From: the human T2T-CHM13v2.0 reference genome, Homo sapiens | Assembly: GCF_009914755.1 (NCBI RefSeq) | Contig: NC_060935.1 | DNA: 64,000 bases | Strand: one strand, 5' to 3' | In this document: positions 41,769 to 61,628 of the stretch, one piece after another | Numbering within the stretch: the first letter of the stretch is position 1 | How the letters are laid out: each line of letters opens with the position of its first letter | Notes under the pieces: model-generated | The model's database searches: none | Told to the model about the DNA's origin: nothing | The model's input: the letters and a program-made list of their open reading frames with translations, nothing else | Program-made: the position numbers and the translations under genes

Positions 41769-43429
41769 CAGAACTGGGTTTCCTAACGTCATTTATGAGA
41801 GAGACTATCTTTCTGCATTGTTTTCTTCGTGTTCTTGTGGAAAATTGGTTGATCATATATCTTTGAATTTCTTTCTGGGCTCTCTATTCTGTTCCACTGG
41901 TCTACATGTTTGTTTTTTATGCCAGGACCATACTGTTTGATCAATAGTTTTGTAAAATAAACCAGAAAGTATGAAGTCTCCCTTTGTTTTTCAGAACAGA
42001 ATTTTCAGAATTTCGTTGGCTACTTAAGGTTCTTGCTATTCCAAATGAACTTTAGAATTTAAAAAAATTTTCCATGGGATTTTGATAGGGATTTTATTCA
42101 ACCTGTATATTGATTTGGATATTATTGACATTTTAACAATATTATTCAGATTCATGAGCATGGGATATCTTTCCATTTATTTGTATCTTGTTTAATTTCT
42201 TTCATCAATGATTCATAGTTTTCAGTGTACAGGTCTTTCATCTTTTTGGCTAAATTTATTCCTAAGCAATTTTTTTGATGCTATCATAAATGGGATTGTT
42301 TTCTTGATTTCTTTTTTGGCCAGGTCATTATTTGTGTATAGAAATGCAACTACTGTTTTATATTGATTTTATATCCTACAACTTTACTGAACTCATTTAT
42401 TAGTTCTAACAGGTTGCTTTGTCAGAGTCTTCGGGGTTTTCTATATGTAGGATCATGTCATCTTCATATAAAGATAATATTACTTCTTACTTCCTGATTT
42501 GAATGTCTTTCATTTCTTTTTCTTGTCTGTTTGGTCGTACTAGTACTTCCAGTACTATGTTGAGTAGTAGTAGCTAGAGTGGGCATCCTTGCCTTGTACT
42601 GGTTCATAGTAGAAGGGCTTCTGTTTTCCCTCATTGATTATAACGTTAGCTGTGGGCTTTTCATAAATGGCATTCGTTATATTGAGGAGTGTTCCTTCTA
42701 TACCTGAACTGTTAGAATTTATCAACAAAGGATGTTCAACTTCATCAAATACTTTTTGTGTGTCAATTGAGATGATCATGTGGTTTTCATCTTTCAGTCT
42801 GTTAGTATCACATTGATTGCTACATGTATATTAAATGAGATTTGCATGCCAGAAATTAATTCCACATAGACATGATATATAATCTTTTTGATGTATTGTT
42901 AAATTTAGTCTGCCAATATTTTATTAAGGATTTTTGCATCGGTATTCTTGGGTTATGTTGGCCTGTAGTTTCCTTTTCTTGTGATGCCTTTGGCTCACCT
43001 GGGTATCAAGGTGATGCTGGCCTCATAAAATGTGTTAGGAAGTATTCCCTTTAGCTGCATTTTTTTTTTTTTGGAAGTATTCCCTATAGCTGCATTTTTT
43101 TGGAAGAGTTTAAGAAGTATTGGTATTCTTTGAATATTGGGTAGTATTCAGTCATGAAGCTATCTGGTCCTGGGCTTTTCTTTGTTTGAGGTTTTGGGGT
43201 TTTTTTAACTTTTATTTTTGATTTAGAGGGTATATGTACAGGTCTGTATGTTGCATGGTATATGGAGTATACTGCATGATGATGAGGTTTGGAGTGTGGA
43301 TAAGCCTATCACCCAGGTAGTGAGCATAGTACCCAATAGGTAGGTTTTCAGCCCACCTCTCCATTCCTCCCCCAAGTAGTCCCCAGTGTCTACTGATCAT
43401 CTTTATGTCCATGTTTACTCAGTGTTTAG

Positions 43430-43868
<439 letters not shown>

Positions 43869-44170
43869 GAATTCATTCATTTTTATGGCTGCATAGTATT
43901 CCATGGTGTACATGTACCACATTTTCTTTATCCAATCCACCACTGATGGGCATCTAAGTGGATTCCATGTCTTTGCTGTTGTGAATAGTGCTGTGATGAA
44001 CATACAAATGCATGTGTCTTTTTGATAGAACAATTTATTTTCCTTTGAATATATATCCAGTAATGGGATTGCTGGGTCAGATGGTAGTTCTGTTTTCAGT
44101 TATTTGAGAAAACTCCAAACTGCTTTGCACAGTGGCTGAACTAATTTGTATTCCTGCCAACAGTGTATAA

Positions 44171-44632
<462 letters not shown>

Positions 44633-46317
44633 TCATTATTTGCATTTCTGATTATTAGTGATCATGAGAATGTTTTTTTGTTTGGCTACTTCTGTATTTT
44701 CTTTTAAGAAATGTATGTTCCTGTCCTTTGCCAATTCAATTGGATTATTCGTTTTTTGCTTGTTGATTGGTTTAAGTTCCTTATGGATTCTGGACATAGG
44801 ACCTTTGCCAGATGAATAGTTTGCAAATATTTTTTCTCCCATTCTATATGTTGTCTGTTTACTCTGTTGATAATTTCTTTTGCTATGCAGAAGCTCTTTA
44901 GTTTACCACTGTGATCTCTTTGCTATTGGTCTGTTCAGGCTTTCTATTCCTGATTTAATCTTAGCAGGTTGGTTTTTTTCTAGGAATTTGTCCATTTCCT
45001 CTAGGTTATCCAATTTGTTGGGATATAATTGTTCATAAAAGTCCCTTATGATCCTTTTTATTTCTGAAGTACCTGTTGTAATATATTCTCCATTTTCATT
45101 TCTGATTTTGTCCTCTTTCTTAGTCCAAGAGTTTGTTGATTTTATTTTTCAAAAATCAATTCTTTGTTTCAAAAATTGAAGTCTTAGTTTTACTGACTTT
45201 TTTCCCCTATGGTTTTTCTTTCTAACTTGTCTCTGTTCTGATCTTTATTATTTCCTTCTGTTAACTTTGGCTTTAGTTTGTTCTTCTTTTTCTAATTCCT
45301 TGAGGTACAATTTTGGGCTATTTGAAATATCTCTTCTTTTTTAATGTAGGCAAGGCATTTATTGCTGTAAACTTCCCTCTTAGAACTGCTTTTGCTGCAT
45401 GTTTTGCTTTTGGTATGTTGTGTTCCCACTGTCATTTGTCTGAAGATATTTTTAAGTTTCTGTTTTCATTTCTTCTTTGACTCTACCCATTACTGAAAGT
45501 AAGTTATTGAAGTCCCTAAGTATTATTGTAGAACTGTCTTTCTCACTCCAATTCTGTCAGTATATTTTCTTATATTCTGGGGCTCTATATTTTGGTGTGT
45601 ATACATTTCCAATTGCGAAGTCTTGAGTAATTTTCCATTTTCTCAGTATGTAATGTCCTCCTTTGTCTCCTATAACAATTTTTAAATTCAAGTTTATTTC
45701 TTTTATTAGTATAATTACCTCCAGCTTTCTTTAGGTTACTATTTGTATGAAATATCATTTTTCATTCTTTCACTTTCAATCTACTTGTGTCTTTAGACCA
45801 AAAGTGAGTTTGTTATATACAGCATAGGTTGATGGTTTTCTTTTAAATCCATTCTGCCAACCTCTGCTTTTTGGAGAATTTAATCGACTTACATTTAAAG
45901 TACTTACTTATAAAAAAGAAGTTCTGACATTTTGTGCCTTTTCTTTTGCCTTACATTTTTTAAATACAACATTTCCTCCCTTACTGCCTTTTTTTGTGTT
46001 TGTTGATTTTCTGATAGTGTACCATTATGATTCTCTATTCGATTGTCTGTATGTGTGTATGTGTATTTTAAAGACTTTATATTTTTAGAGCAGTTTTAGG
46101 GTTCCAGCAAAATTGTGAGGTAAGTACAGAGATTTCCCGTATACCCACTGCACCCATACATACAGAGCTTTTCCCATTACCAACTCTCCCACCAGAGTGG
46201 CACGTTTGTTACAACTTATGAATCTGCATTTACACATTATTATCAAAGTCCCTAGTTAACATTAGGGCTCACTGTTGGGGTGTACATTCTGTGGGTTTCT
46301 ACAAATGTGTAACATGT

Positions 46318-46683
46318 TGATATGGTTTGGCTCTGTGTTCCCACCCAAATCTCATCTTGAACTGTAATCCCCATGTGTCAGGGGAGGGGCCTGGTGGGGG
46401 GCAAACTTCCCCCTTGCTGTTCTCATGATAGTGAGTTCTCATGAGATCTGGTTGTTTAAACGTGTGTGGCACTTCCCATCTCACTTTCTTTCCCTCTCCT
46501 GTTCTGCCATGGTAAAGATGTGCCTGCTTCTCCTTTGCCTTCCGCCATGATTTTAAGTTTCTGAGGCCTGCCAGCCATGCTTACTGTACAGCCTACAAAA
46601 CTGTGAGTCAATTAAACCTCTTTTCTCACAAATTACCCAGTCTCAGGTAGTTCTTTATAGCACTGTGAGAACGGACTAATATG
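46318..46683 (+). mobile_element. MSTA-like MaLR solo LTR
   Basis: tgatatggtttggctctgtgttcccacccaaatctcatcttgaactgtaa...gaacggactaat with 5-bp TSD catgt on both sides. Confidence 0.9.
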
Positions 46684-48616
46684 CATGTATCTACCATTAT
46701 AGTATCATACAGATACGTATATTTACATATATTTGTACATTTTCACTGCCCTAAAAGTACTCTGTGCACTGCCTATTCAACCCTTCTTCCCCAACAACCC
46801 TTGGCAACCACTGAACTTTTTACTGCCTCCATAGCATTGCCTTTTCTAAAATGCAATATGATTGGAATCATACAGTATGTAGTTTCTTCAGATTGCCTTA
46901 TTTCACATAGTAATATGTTTTTTAATTACCTCCATATCTTTTCATGGCTTGATAGCTCATTTCTATTTAGTGATGAATAATATTTCATTGCCTGGATGTA
47001 CTACAGTTTATCTGTCTACTCACCTATGGAAGGACATCTCGGTTGCTTCCAATTTCAACAATCACAAATAAAGCTTCTGTAAACATCTCTGTGCAGATTT
47101 TTATGTGAATATAAGTCTTCACCTCCTTTGAGTAAATACCAAGGATGTGATTGCTGAACTGCATGGTAAGAATATGTTTAATTTTATAAGAAACCACTGA
47201 TTTCGATATACTCTGGATTCTTCGGGGGATATGTATACACATTCAGAAGTGGAATTGATGGATCCTATGATAATTCCATTTTTAATTCTTTGAAGAACCA
47301 CCAAACTCTTCTCCACCAGGGCTGCACCACTTTACATTCCCATTAATGGTATATGTCAAAGTGGCTGTACCATTTTGCATTCCCACCAGCAATGGATGAG
47401 TGTTCCTGTTGCCCCACATATTGGCAAGTATTTGGTATTGTCAGTGTTTTGAATTTTGGCCATTCTAATAAGCGTGTAGATATATCACATTTCTTGTTTT
47501 AATTTCCATTTCCCTAATGACGTAAGATGTGGGGCATCTTTTCATATACTTAGTTGCCATCTGTATATCTTCATTGGTGAGATGTCTGTTAAGGTCTTCA
47601 GTCCATTTTGTAATCAGATTGTTTGTTTTCTAATTGTTATGTTTTTAAGGTTCTTTATATATTTTGGATGAGTCCTTTATCAGGTATATCTTTTACAAGT
47701 ATTGTCTCCCTTCTGTGGCCTGTCCTTTCATCCTCTTGACAGTATGTTTTACAGAGCAGAAACTTTTATTTTTAACAAAGTCTAGCTTATCAATTATTTC
47801 TTTCATGAATCATGCCTTTGGTGTCATATCTAAAAAGCCATCACCAAACTAAAGATCATCTAGATTTCTTCCTATGTTATCTTCTGGGATTTCTATTTGT
47901 TGTTGATTTCCAAATCTTTTATTGTGGCAAAATACACTTAACATAAAAATTACCATCCTAACCAATTTTAGTGTACAATTCAGTGAATGTATTAGATACG
48001 TTCACAATGCTGTGCAATCATCACTATCATCCATCTCCATAACACTTGTCATTTGTAATTATGAAACTCTATATCCATTAAACAATAATTCCCCAACCCC
48101 CCCACCACCGCCATCTCTTGGAAACCACCTTGTACTTTCTATGTCTCTGATTTGACTATTCTACATACCTCATATAAGTGGAAACATACAGTACTTCTCT
48201 TCTTGTGACTGCTGTATTTCATTTAACATAATGGCCTCGAGGTTCATCCATGTTGTGGCATGTGTCAAAATTTCTATTTTTTTTAAAGCTGAATAATATT
48301 ACATTGTATGTATATACCACATTTTGCTTATCCATTCTTCCATGGACATTTGGGTTGCATTGATGTTTTAACTGTTGTAAATAATGCCACTACAATCGTG
48401 GGTATACAAATATATCTTTGAGACTGCTTTTAATCCTTCTGGGTATATACACAGAGGTGGAGTTGATGGATCAGATAATTCTGTTTTTAATTTTTGAAGG
48501 AACACCAAACTGTTTAACACAGAGGCTGTACCATTTTGCATTCCCACTAACAGTGCACAAGGATTCCAATTTCTCCATGTCCCTTCCAGCAGTGGTTATT
48601 TTCTGTTTATGTGGGA

Positions 48617-48780
48617 TTTTTTTGAGACAAGATCTGGCTCTTTCACTTAGGCTGGAATGCAGTGGCATGATCATGGCACACTGCAGCCTCAACCTAGACC
48701 TCTGGGCTTAGGCTATCCTCCCACCTTAACCTCCCACGTAGCTGGTACTAGAGATGGGTCTCACTATGTTGCCTAGGCTG
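48617..48780 (-). mobile_element. Partial AluJ/FRAM-like element
   Basis: tttttgagacaagatctggctct...cactgcagcctcaacct...gggtctcactatgttgcctaggctg. Confidence 0.75.
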
Positions 48781-48819
48781 TGTTTATTTTTTTAATAGTA
48801 GTCATCTGAGTGTATGTAA

Positions 48820-49222
<403 letters not shown>

Positions 49223-49886
49223 CTTTTGCCCATTTTTCAGGTGCATTGTTTTTTGGTGATGACTTTTAGAAGTTCTCTGTATAATCTGGACATTAATCCC
49301 TTATCAGGTATGTGATTTGCAAATTTTTCTCCCATTCTGTAGGTTGTCTTATTGCTTAGTTGATATTATTTTAATGCACACAATGTAAATTTTTAAAATT
49401 TATCTAGTTTTACTTTTATTGCCTGTGCAAGTACAATTTATCTATTTTTACTTTTATTGCCTGTGCCTTTGGTGTCGCATACAAGAAGCACTGCCAATGA
49501 TGTAAAGTTTTTCCCCTATGTTTCCTTATAAGACTTCATAGTTTTAGGACTTTGACCCATTTTGAGTAAGTTTTTGTACACAGTGTTAGGTAAGGGTCTC
49601 AACTTCATTCTCTTTTATACATGGTTAGGTAAGGATCTCAACTTCATTCTCTTGAGTTAATTTTTGTGTATGGTATTAGGTAAGGGTCTCAACTTCAGTT
49701 ATCCTGGCACCATTTGTTGAAAATACAGCACTTTCCCTATTGAATGGTCTTGGCACTCTTCTCAGGAATCATTTGATCATGTATACAAGGGTTTATTTTT
49801 GGGCTCTCTATTCAATTCCATTGGTCTCTACATCTTTATGTCAATACCACATAGTTTTGATTACTGTAGCTTCGTAATAAGTTGGG

Positions 49887-50181
49887 GTTTTTGTTTGTTT
49901 TTCAGACATTCTTACTTTGTTGCCCACGCTGGAGTACAGTGGCATTATCACTGCTTACTGCCACCTCAATCTCCCAGGCTCAAGCAATCCTCCCACCTCG
50001 GCTTCTTGAGTAGCTGGGAATAGAAGTGTGTACCATTACACCTGGCCAATTATTTTATTTTTTGTAGAGATGAGGTCTCCCTGTGTTCCCCAGGCTGGTC
50101 TCAAACTCCTGGACTCAGAAGTCCTCCCACCTCAGCCTTCAAAAGTGCTGAGATTACAGGTGTAGGCCATTGTACCTGGCC
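49887..50181 (-). mobile_element. AluJ-like
   Basis: Diverged dimer with TSD gta(a/g)taagtt. Confidence 0.87.
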
Positions 50182-51009
50182 TGTAGTAAGTTTTCAAATC
50201 AGAAAGTGTGAGTCCTCCAATGTTGTTCATCATTTTCAAGAATGTTTTAGCTATTCAAGGTCCCTTGAGATTCCATGTGAATTTTAGGATGGGGTTTCTT
50301 CTTTCTGCAAATAACATCATTAGGATTTTTATTGGGATTACCTTGGATTTGTAGATTGTTTTGTGTGGTACTGACACCTTAACAATATTGGCCTTCCAAT
50401 CCATGAACATAGGATGTGTTTTCCCTTTATGTCTACTTTAATTTCTTTCAGCATTGTTTTGTAATTTTCATTGTACAAGACTTTCACCTCCTTGGTAAAG
50501 TTGGTTCCTAAGTTTGTTATTCTTGATGCTTTTTTCAGCTTTTATTGAGGTATAATTGACAAATTAAAAGTGCATATATTTAAGAACATATTTGACCTAC
50601 TGTGAAATGATTACTACAATCAAGCCAATTAACATATACCTTCCATAGTTGCCATGTGTGTGCGTGTGTGTGGTCAGAATACCTAAGCTATACTCTCTTA
50701 GCAAATTCCAAGTATAGAATATATTAACTATAGTCACCAATCTGGACATTATGTCAAGAACTTATTCATCTGATAACTCTATGTTTGTACCCTTCAACAT
50801 TTCCTATTTCCCCTACTCCCTGACCCCTAGTAACCACCCTTCTACTCTCTGTTTCTCTGAGTTCAAGCTTTTTAGAATTCCATATGTAACTGGGATAGTG
50901 CAGTATTTGTCTTTCTGTGTCTGGCTATTTCACTTAGCATAATATCCTCCAGGTTCATCTATGTTGTCATAAATTGCATGATTTCCTGCTTTTTAAAGGA
51001 TGAATATTT

Positions 51010-51102
51010 CATTGTGTGTGTGTATATATGTGTGTGTGTGTGTCTGTATGTATATGTATGTGATGTGTTTATTTGGGAATTTGGTGATACACACACACAC
51101 AC
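51010..51102. repeat. (TG)n/(CA)n microsatellites
   Basis: tgtgtgtgtgtatatatgtgtgtgtgtg...acacacacacac. Confidence 0.8.
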
Positions 51103-51104
51103 TA

Positions 51105-51401
51105 TTTTCTTCCTTTCTTTTTGAGACAGGGTCTCCATCTGTCATCCAGGCAGGAGTACAGTGGCACAATCACAGTTCACTGTAGCCTCAACCTCATGGG
51201 CTCAAGTGATCCTCCTGCCTCAGCCTCCTGAGTAGCTGGGACCACAGTCATGCACCCCCATGCCCAGCTAATTTTTAAAATTTTATGTAGAGATAGGGTA
51301 TCACTATGTTTCCTAGGCTGGTCTCAAACTCCTGTGTTCAAGCTATCCTTCACCTTGGCCACCCCCAAGTACTGGGATTACAGGTACAAGCCACCATGCC
51401 T
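51105..51401 (-). mobile_element. AluJ-like
   Basis: ttgagacagggtctc...gggctcaagtgatcctcctgcctcagcctc dimer. Confidence 0.88.
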
Positions 51402-54400
51402 ATGAATACTATGTTGCTCATTTCTTGACTACTGTAACACTACAATGAACATGGGAGTGCAGATACCTCTTCAAGATACTGACTTTGTTTTCCTTAGATA
51501 TACCCGGAACTGAGACTGCTGGATCATATAGCAGTTCCAATTTTAATTTTTTAAAGAAAATCTATCGTGTTTTCCATAATGACTGTATCAATTTACATTC
51601 CTAACAAAAATGTATAAGGGACACCTTTTCTCCACATCCTCACCAACACTTGCTATCTTTTGACTTTTTGATAATAGCGATTCTAACAGTTATGAGGTGA
51701 TATCTCAGTGTGGTTTTCATTTGCATTTCCCTGATGATAAGTGATGTTAAGCACCTTTTTATATACCTGTTGACCATCTGTATGTCTTCTTTGAATAAAT
51801 GTCTATTCAGTCCCTTGTCCCTCTTAACAGGTTATTAATTGGGTTATTAAGTTTTTTTGCTAGTTATATGAGTTCCTTATATATATTGGATATTAATAGC
51901 TTATCAGATATATGGTTGGAAATATTTTCTCCCACTACATGTGCTGCCTTTTCATTTTGTTGTTTCCTTTGTTGTGCAGACACTTTTTTGTTTGATGTAG
52001 TTCTAATTTATTTTTGCGTTTTATTCCTTGTGCTTTTGATGTCACATCTAAAAAATTGTCACAAAAACCAATGGCAAGGAGCTTTTCCCTGTTTTATAGG
52101 TTTTATGGTTTCAGGTCATATGTTTAAATCTTATTCACTTTTCTCTACAGTGTAGGGTAAGGTTCCAATTTAATTTTTTTGCATGTGGATATCCTGGTTT
52201 CACAGTGCCATTTATTCAAGAGAGTACCCTTTCCCCATTGTGTACTCTTGGTGTCTTTGTCAAAGATTAGTTGACCATAAATGTGTGGGTTTATTTCTAT
52301 GCTTTCTATTCTGTTCCATTGGTTTATTTCTATACCAGTACCATAACTTTGAAATATAATTCAAAATAAGCATGTGTAATATCTTTCACTTTGTTCTTAT
52401 TGCTCAAGTATGCTTTAGATCTTTAAGGTCTTTTGTAGTTTCTTTCAAATTTTAGGATTTTTTTTGTCTATATCTGTGAAAAAAAGTCACTGGAAATTTG
52501 ATAGGCATTGCCTTGAATCTGTAGATCACTTTGAGTAGTATAGCTATTTCGGCAATATTTATTCTATTGATCTATGAACACCAGATATCTTTCCATTTAT
52601 TTGTGTCATCTTAGAATTTGTTCAATGTTTCATAGTTTTCAGTGTCTAGGTCTTTTATCTCCTTGGTTAAATGTATGCCTAAATGTTATGCAGTCCAATT
52701 TCTCTATTTTTTATTTTATCTGTGCCTTTCATATTATATCCAAATGAAGTCAATACCAAATCCAATGTCATGCAGTTTTTGCCCCATGTTTTCTTCTAAG
52801 AGTTTTATAGTTTTAGGTCTTACATTTAGGTCTGTGGTCCACTTTGAGTTAATTTTTGTATATGGAGTTAGGTAAAGGTCTCGACTTCATTCTCTCACGT
52901 GAGGATATCCAGTTTTCCTGGCACCATTTGTTGAAAAGAGAATCCATTTGCCATTGAATGGACATGGCATGCTTGTCAGAAATCATGCGTTCATATATGA
53001 AAGGATTTATTTGGGAGCTCTCTATTCTTTTTGATGCTATTTTAAATGAAATTGTTTTCTTAATTTGTTTTTCAGGTTGTTTATTATTAGTGTATAGATA
53101 CGCAAATGACTTCTGAATGCTGATTTTGTATCCTGCCACTTTACTGAGTTAGATTATTACTTCTAACAGGTTTTTTTTGTGGAGTCTGTAGCATTTTCTA
53201 CATATATGATGTCATCTGCAAACAGAGACAATTTTACTTCCTTCTTTCTGATTTGAGTGTATTTATTTATTTTTCTTGCCCAATTCCTCTGGCTAGGACT
53301 TCCAGTACTGTGTTGAATAGAAGTGGTGAGAATATCTTTTTCTTGTTCCTCATCTTAGAGGAGAGGCATTCAGCTTTTCAGCATTGAGTATGATGTTAGC
53401 TGTGGGCTATTCATATATGGCCTTTATTGTGTTGCAGTACATTCCTTCTATACCTAATTTGTTCATAGTTTTTATCATGGAAGGATGTTGAATTATGTGA
53501 ACTGCATTATTTGCACTTATCAAAATGATTGTACGATTTTTATCTTTGATTTTATTAAAGTATCCCATTTCTTGTATATGTACACTTAACTGTCCTTATG
53601 TACTAAGGATAAATCCCATGTTTGTGATATATGATTTTTTTAATGTGCTGTTAAATTCAGTTTGATCATATTTTGTTGAAAATTTTTAAATGTATAGTCA
53701 TAAAAAAATATCAGCCGGTTATTTTCTTTTCTTATATCGTCCTTGTCTGGCCTTAGTATGAGGGCAATGCTAGCCTTGTAAAATAAGTTGGGATTGTTCC
53801 CTCTTTGTTTGGGGGGAATATTTTGATCTTATACTTCCCCCGCTACATTTTATTTTTGATGCCCCAAGGTACACCTTTTAATATTGCATATCCATTGAGA
53901 AATTATGAAAACAATAGTAATTTTTAATTATTTTTCTTTTAACCTTTATACTAGAGTTATGTGATTTATATACTACCATTACACTATTAGAGTATTCTTA
54001 AGTTGCCCGTATATTTATTTATCAGTGAATTTTGTACTTTCATATGTTTTCATGTTACTAATTATCATCCTTCCATTTAAGCCTGAATAACTCCCTCTGG
54101 CATATCTTGTAAGGCAAGAGTAGTTGCTGATAAACTCCTTCAACTTTTGTTTACCTGAGGAAGTCTTGTATCTGTTTCATATCTGAAGGACAGCTTTGCT
54201 GTGTAAAGTATTCTTAGATGGCAGTTTTTTATCTTTCAGAACTTTGAATATATAATCCTATTGTTTCCTGGCCTGGAAAGTTTTTGCTCAGAAATCCACT
54301 GATAGCCTTATGGAGGTTCCTGCAGATGTAAGAACTTTATTTATCTTGCCGCTTTCAAAATTATCTTGTCTTCCATTTTTTACATTTTGATGGCAATATA

Positions 54401-55254
54401 TCTAGGTGAAACCTCTTTTAGATGGAAACTAATTGTAATTCTTTGAGCTTCATGTACCTAGATGTCCATCAATCTGGGAAGAGCCCCAGATATGGGAAGT
54501 TTTCAGCCATTATTTCTCTGAATTAACTTTCTACCCTTTACCTCTCTACTTTCCTTCTATAAATCCTGTGTGAACATTAACTCTCCTGATGGTGTCCCAT
54601 AAATCCTGTAAACTTCCCTTGTTACCTTTTCATTCTTTATTTTTCTCCTCTACTGGTTATTTTCAAATAATTTATCCTCCAGTTGATGAATTCCTCCTTC
54701 TATTTGATCAAGTCTGCTGCTGATGCTTTCTATTTCACTTTTCATTTCATGCACTATATTCTTCACCTCCAAAATGTTTGGTTTTTTTTTAGGATTTCTA
54801 TTTCTTTATTGAATGTCTCCTTTTGTGTATTAATGATTTCATTAGGTTGTCTCTCTGTTCTCTGGTAGCACACTGAACTTCCTTAAATCAGTCGTTTTTA
54901 ATTTTCTGTAAGGCAATTAATGTATCCCAATTTCTTGGGAGTCAGTCCCTGAAAATTATTGTATTTCTCAGGTGGGTGCTATGTTTCCTTGGTTTTTCTG
55001 TTTCTTGTTACAATGAATTGAAATCTGCTCACTTGATGGAGTGTTAAGTAGGTAGGGTGCAGCAGCTGTAGCCCAGATGAGGATATAATGGAATACTCTT
55101 CTTGCAGCTCCATCAGCTGAGGTCAGCAGTGGCAAACATTACAAAGGTCCTTGGTGGCCAAGGCTGAGTGTCCTGATGCTGTCGTGTAAATAGAGTTGTG
55201 TTAATAATATCCCTTTCAGATTGTTTGTGATTAATGTATAGAAATGCAACTGAA

Positions 55255-55586
<332 letters not shown>

Positions 55587-57114
55587 TTACTATCCTGCTA
55601 CTTTGCTGAATTAATTTATTCAGTTTTTGTGGTGAGTTTTCAGGGATTTCTACAAATATGATCATATCTATGAACAAACATAATTTTAATTCTTCCTTTC
55701 TAAATGATGCCTTTATTTCTTTTCCATATTCTTTGGCTAGAAAGCCACTACTATGTTTAATATAATGGCTAAAATGCGCATCTTGCTTTATTCCTGATCT
55801 TAGAGGAAAAGCTCTTAGTCTTTTCACCATTATGATGCTCCTTGTGGGTTTTTCTTCTAGGAGTCTTTTTCTTTGTCCTTTTATTTTTAGTCAACATGTA
55901 ATAATTGTAGATATTTATGGGATATACACAGTGATATTGTGATACATGTATATAATGTGTCATAATCAAATCAGGGTAATTAGCATATTCATCAACTCAA
56001 ATATCATTTCTCTGTTTTGTGAGCAGTCAAAATCCTCCATCTTTCTGTGCCTAATTTCATTTAACATATTATCCAAGTTCATCCATGTTGCTGTGAATGA
56101 CAGGACTTAATGCTTTATTATGACTGAATAATATTCCATTGTGTATACATACCACATTCTTTCTCTGCATCTGCTGATGGAGATTTAAGTTGATTCCATA
56201 TCTTAACTGTTGTGAACAGTACTGCAATAAACATGAGAATGCAAATATCTTTTTTATATACTGATTTCCTTTCCTTTGAGTCAATACCCGGTAGTGGATT
56301 GTCAAACTGTATGATAGTCTACTTTTAGTTTTTTTGACAAAACACCACAGTATTTTCCATAATGACTCACTAATTTATAGTCCCACAAATAGTGTATTAT
56401 TTCCCTTTTCTCTGCATCCTTGCCAGCATTTGTTATGTTTTGTCTTTTTGAAAACAGCCATTCTAACTGAGGTGAAATAATGTCTCACTGTGGCTTTGAC
56501 TTGCATTTCTGTGATGAGAGATGTTGAGCATTTTTTCACATACCTGTTGGCCAGTTGTTCTATTTTGCACATTTCTAAATCAGATAATCTGGTGTTTTTT
56601 GCTGTTGAATTGTTTGAATTCCTTGTATATTCCGGATATTAAACCCTTGTCAGATGAATATTTTCTCCCATTCTACAGGATATCTCTTAATAGTTTATTA
56701 TTTCCTTTTATGTGTAGGTTTTTAGTTTGATACAGTCCCATTTGTCTATTTTTGTTTTTGTTGCCTGTGCTTATAAAGTCTTACCCATAAAATCTTCACT
56801 AGACCCATATCCTGAAGGGTTTCCCTTCTGTTTTCTTCTAGTACTGTTTGCTTCAGGTCTCATGTTTAAGTCTCTAATCAATTTTGAGTTGATTTTTTTA
56901 TATGCTGAGAGATAGTATAGTTTCATTCTTCTGCATATGATATCCTGTTTTCCCAACATGATGTGTTCAACATGGTGTCCTTTCCCCAGAGTGTGTTCTT
57001 GGCACCTTTGTCAAAAACCAGTTGTCTGTAAATAAATTTATTTACTTCTGGGTTCTCTATTCTGTTCCATTGGTCTATATGTCTGTTTTATGCCCATTGC
57101 ATGCTAATTTGGTT

Positions 57115-57351
57115 ACCATTGTTTTGTATACAAGGGGGATTGCTTCCGAGACCCCCTGTATATACCAAAAGCCATGTATATTCAAGTCCCAGAGTCAGCC
57201 CTGTGTAATGCGCATATACAAAATGTCAGTCATCTGTATACATAGTTTTCACTTTTGTGAATATTGCATTCTATCCTTGTTAGATTATGGGGAAAATCCA
57301 CGTATAAATGAACCTATACAGTTCAAATCTATGTTGTTGAAGAGTCGACTG
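57115..57351 (+). mobile_element. MER8-like TcMar-Tigger MITE
   Basis: gggggattgcttccgagaccccc...tcaagtcccagagtcagccctg...cagttcaaatctatgttgttgaagagtcgactg|ta. Confidence 0.75.
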
Positions 57352-57745
57352 TATTTTGATGTCAGGCAGTGTAGTGCCTCCAGCTTCATTCTGCCTGCTC
57401 AGTATTGTTTGTCCTATTTGTGGTCTTTTGTGGTTCCATGCAAGTTTAAGGATTGTGTTTTTGCTATTTCGGTGAAGATTGTCTTTGGTATTTTTTTTTT
57501 TTTTTAGATTTCTCTTTTCTCTCTCTCTCCCTTTTTTTTATTATACTTTAAGTTCTAGGGTACATGTGCACAACGTGCAGGTTTGTTACATATGTATACA
57601 TGTGCCATGTTGGTGTGCTGCACTGATTACCTTGTCATTTACCTTAGGTATATCTCCTAATGCTTTCCCTCCCCCCTCCCCCCCCACCCCACAACAGGCC
57701 CTGGTGGGTGATGTTCCCCTTCCTACGTCCAAGTGTTCTCATTGT

Positions 57746-61565
<3,820 letters not shown>

Positions 61566-61628
61566 TATGATGTTAGCTGGTTATTTTGCTCGTTAGTTGA
61601 TGCAGTTTCTTCCTAGCATCTATGGTCT

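Noticed and set aside
54955-54980. Intronic recursive splice site tttctcag|GTGGGT
   Set aside because: YAG|GT after T-rich tracts arises often by chance in antisense L1, and there is no conservation or saw-tooth evidence available.
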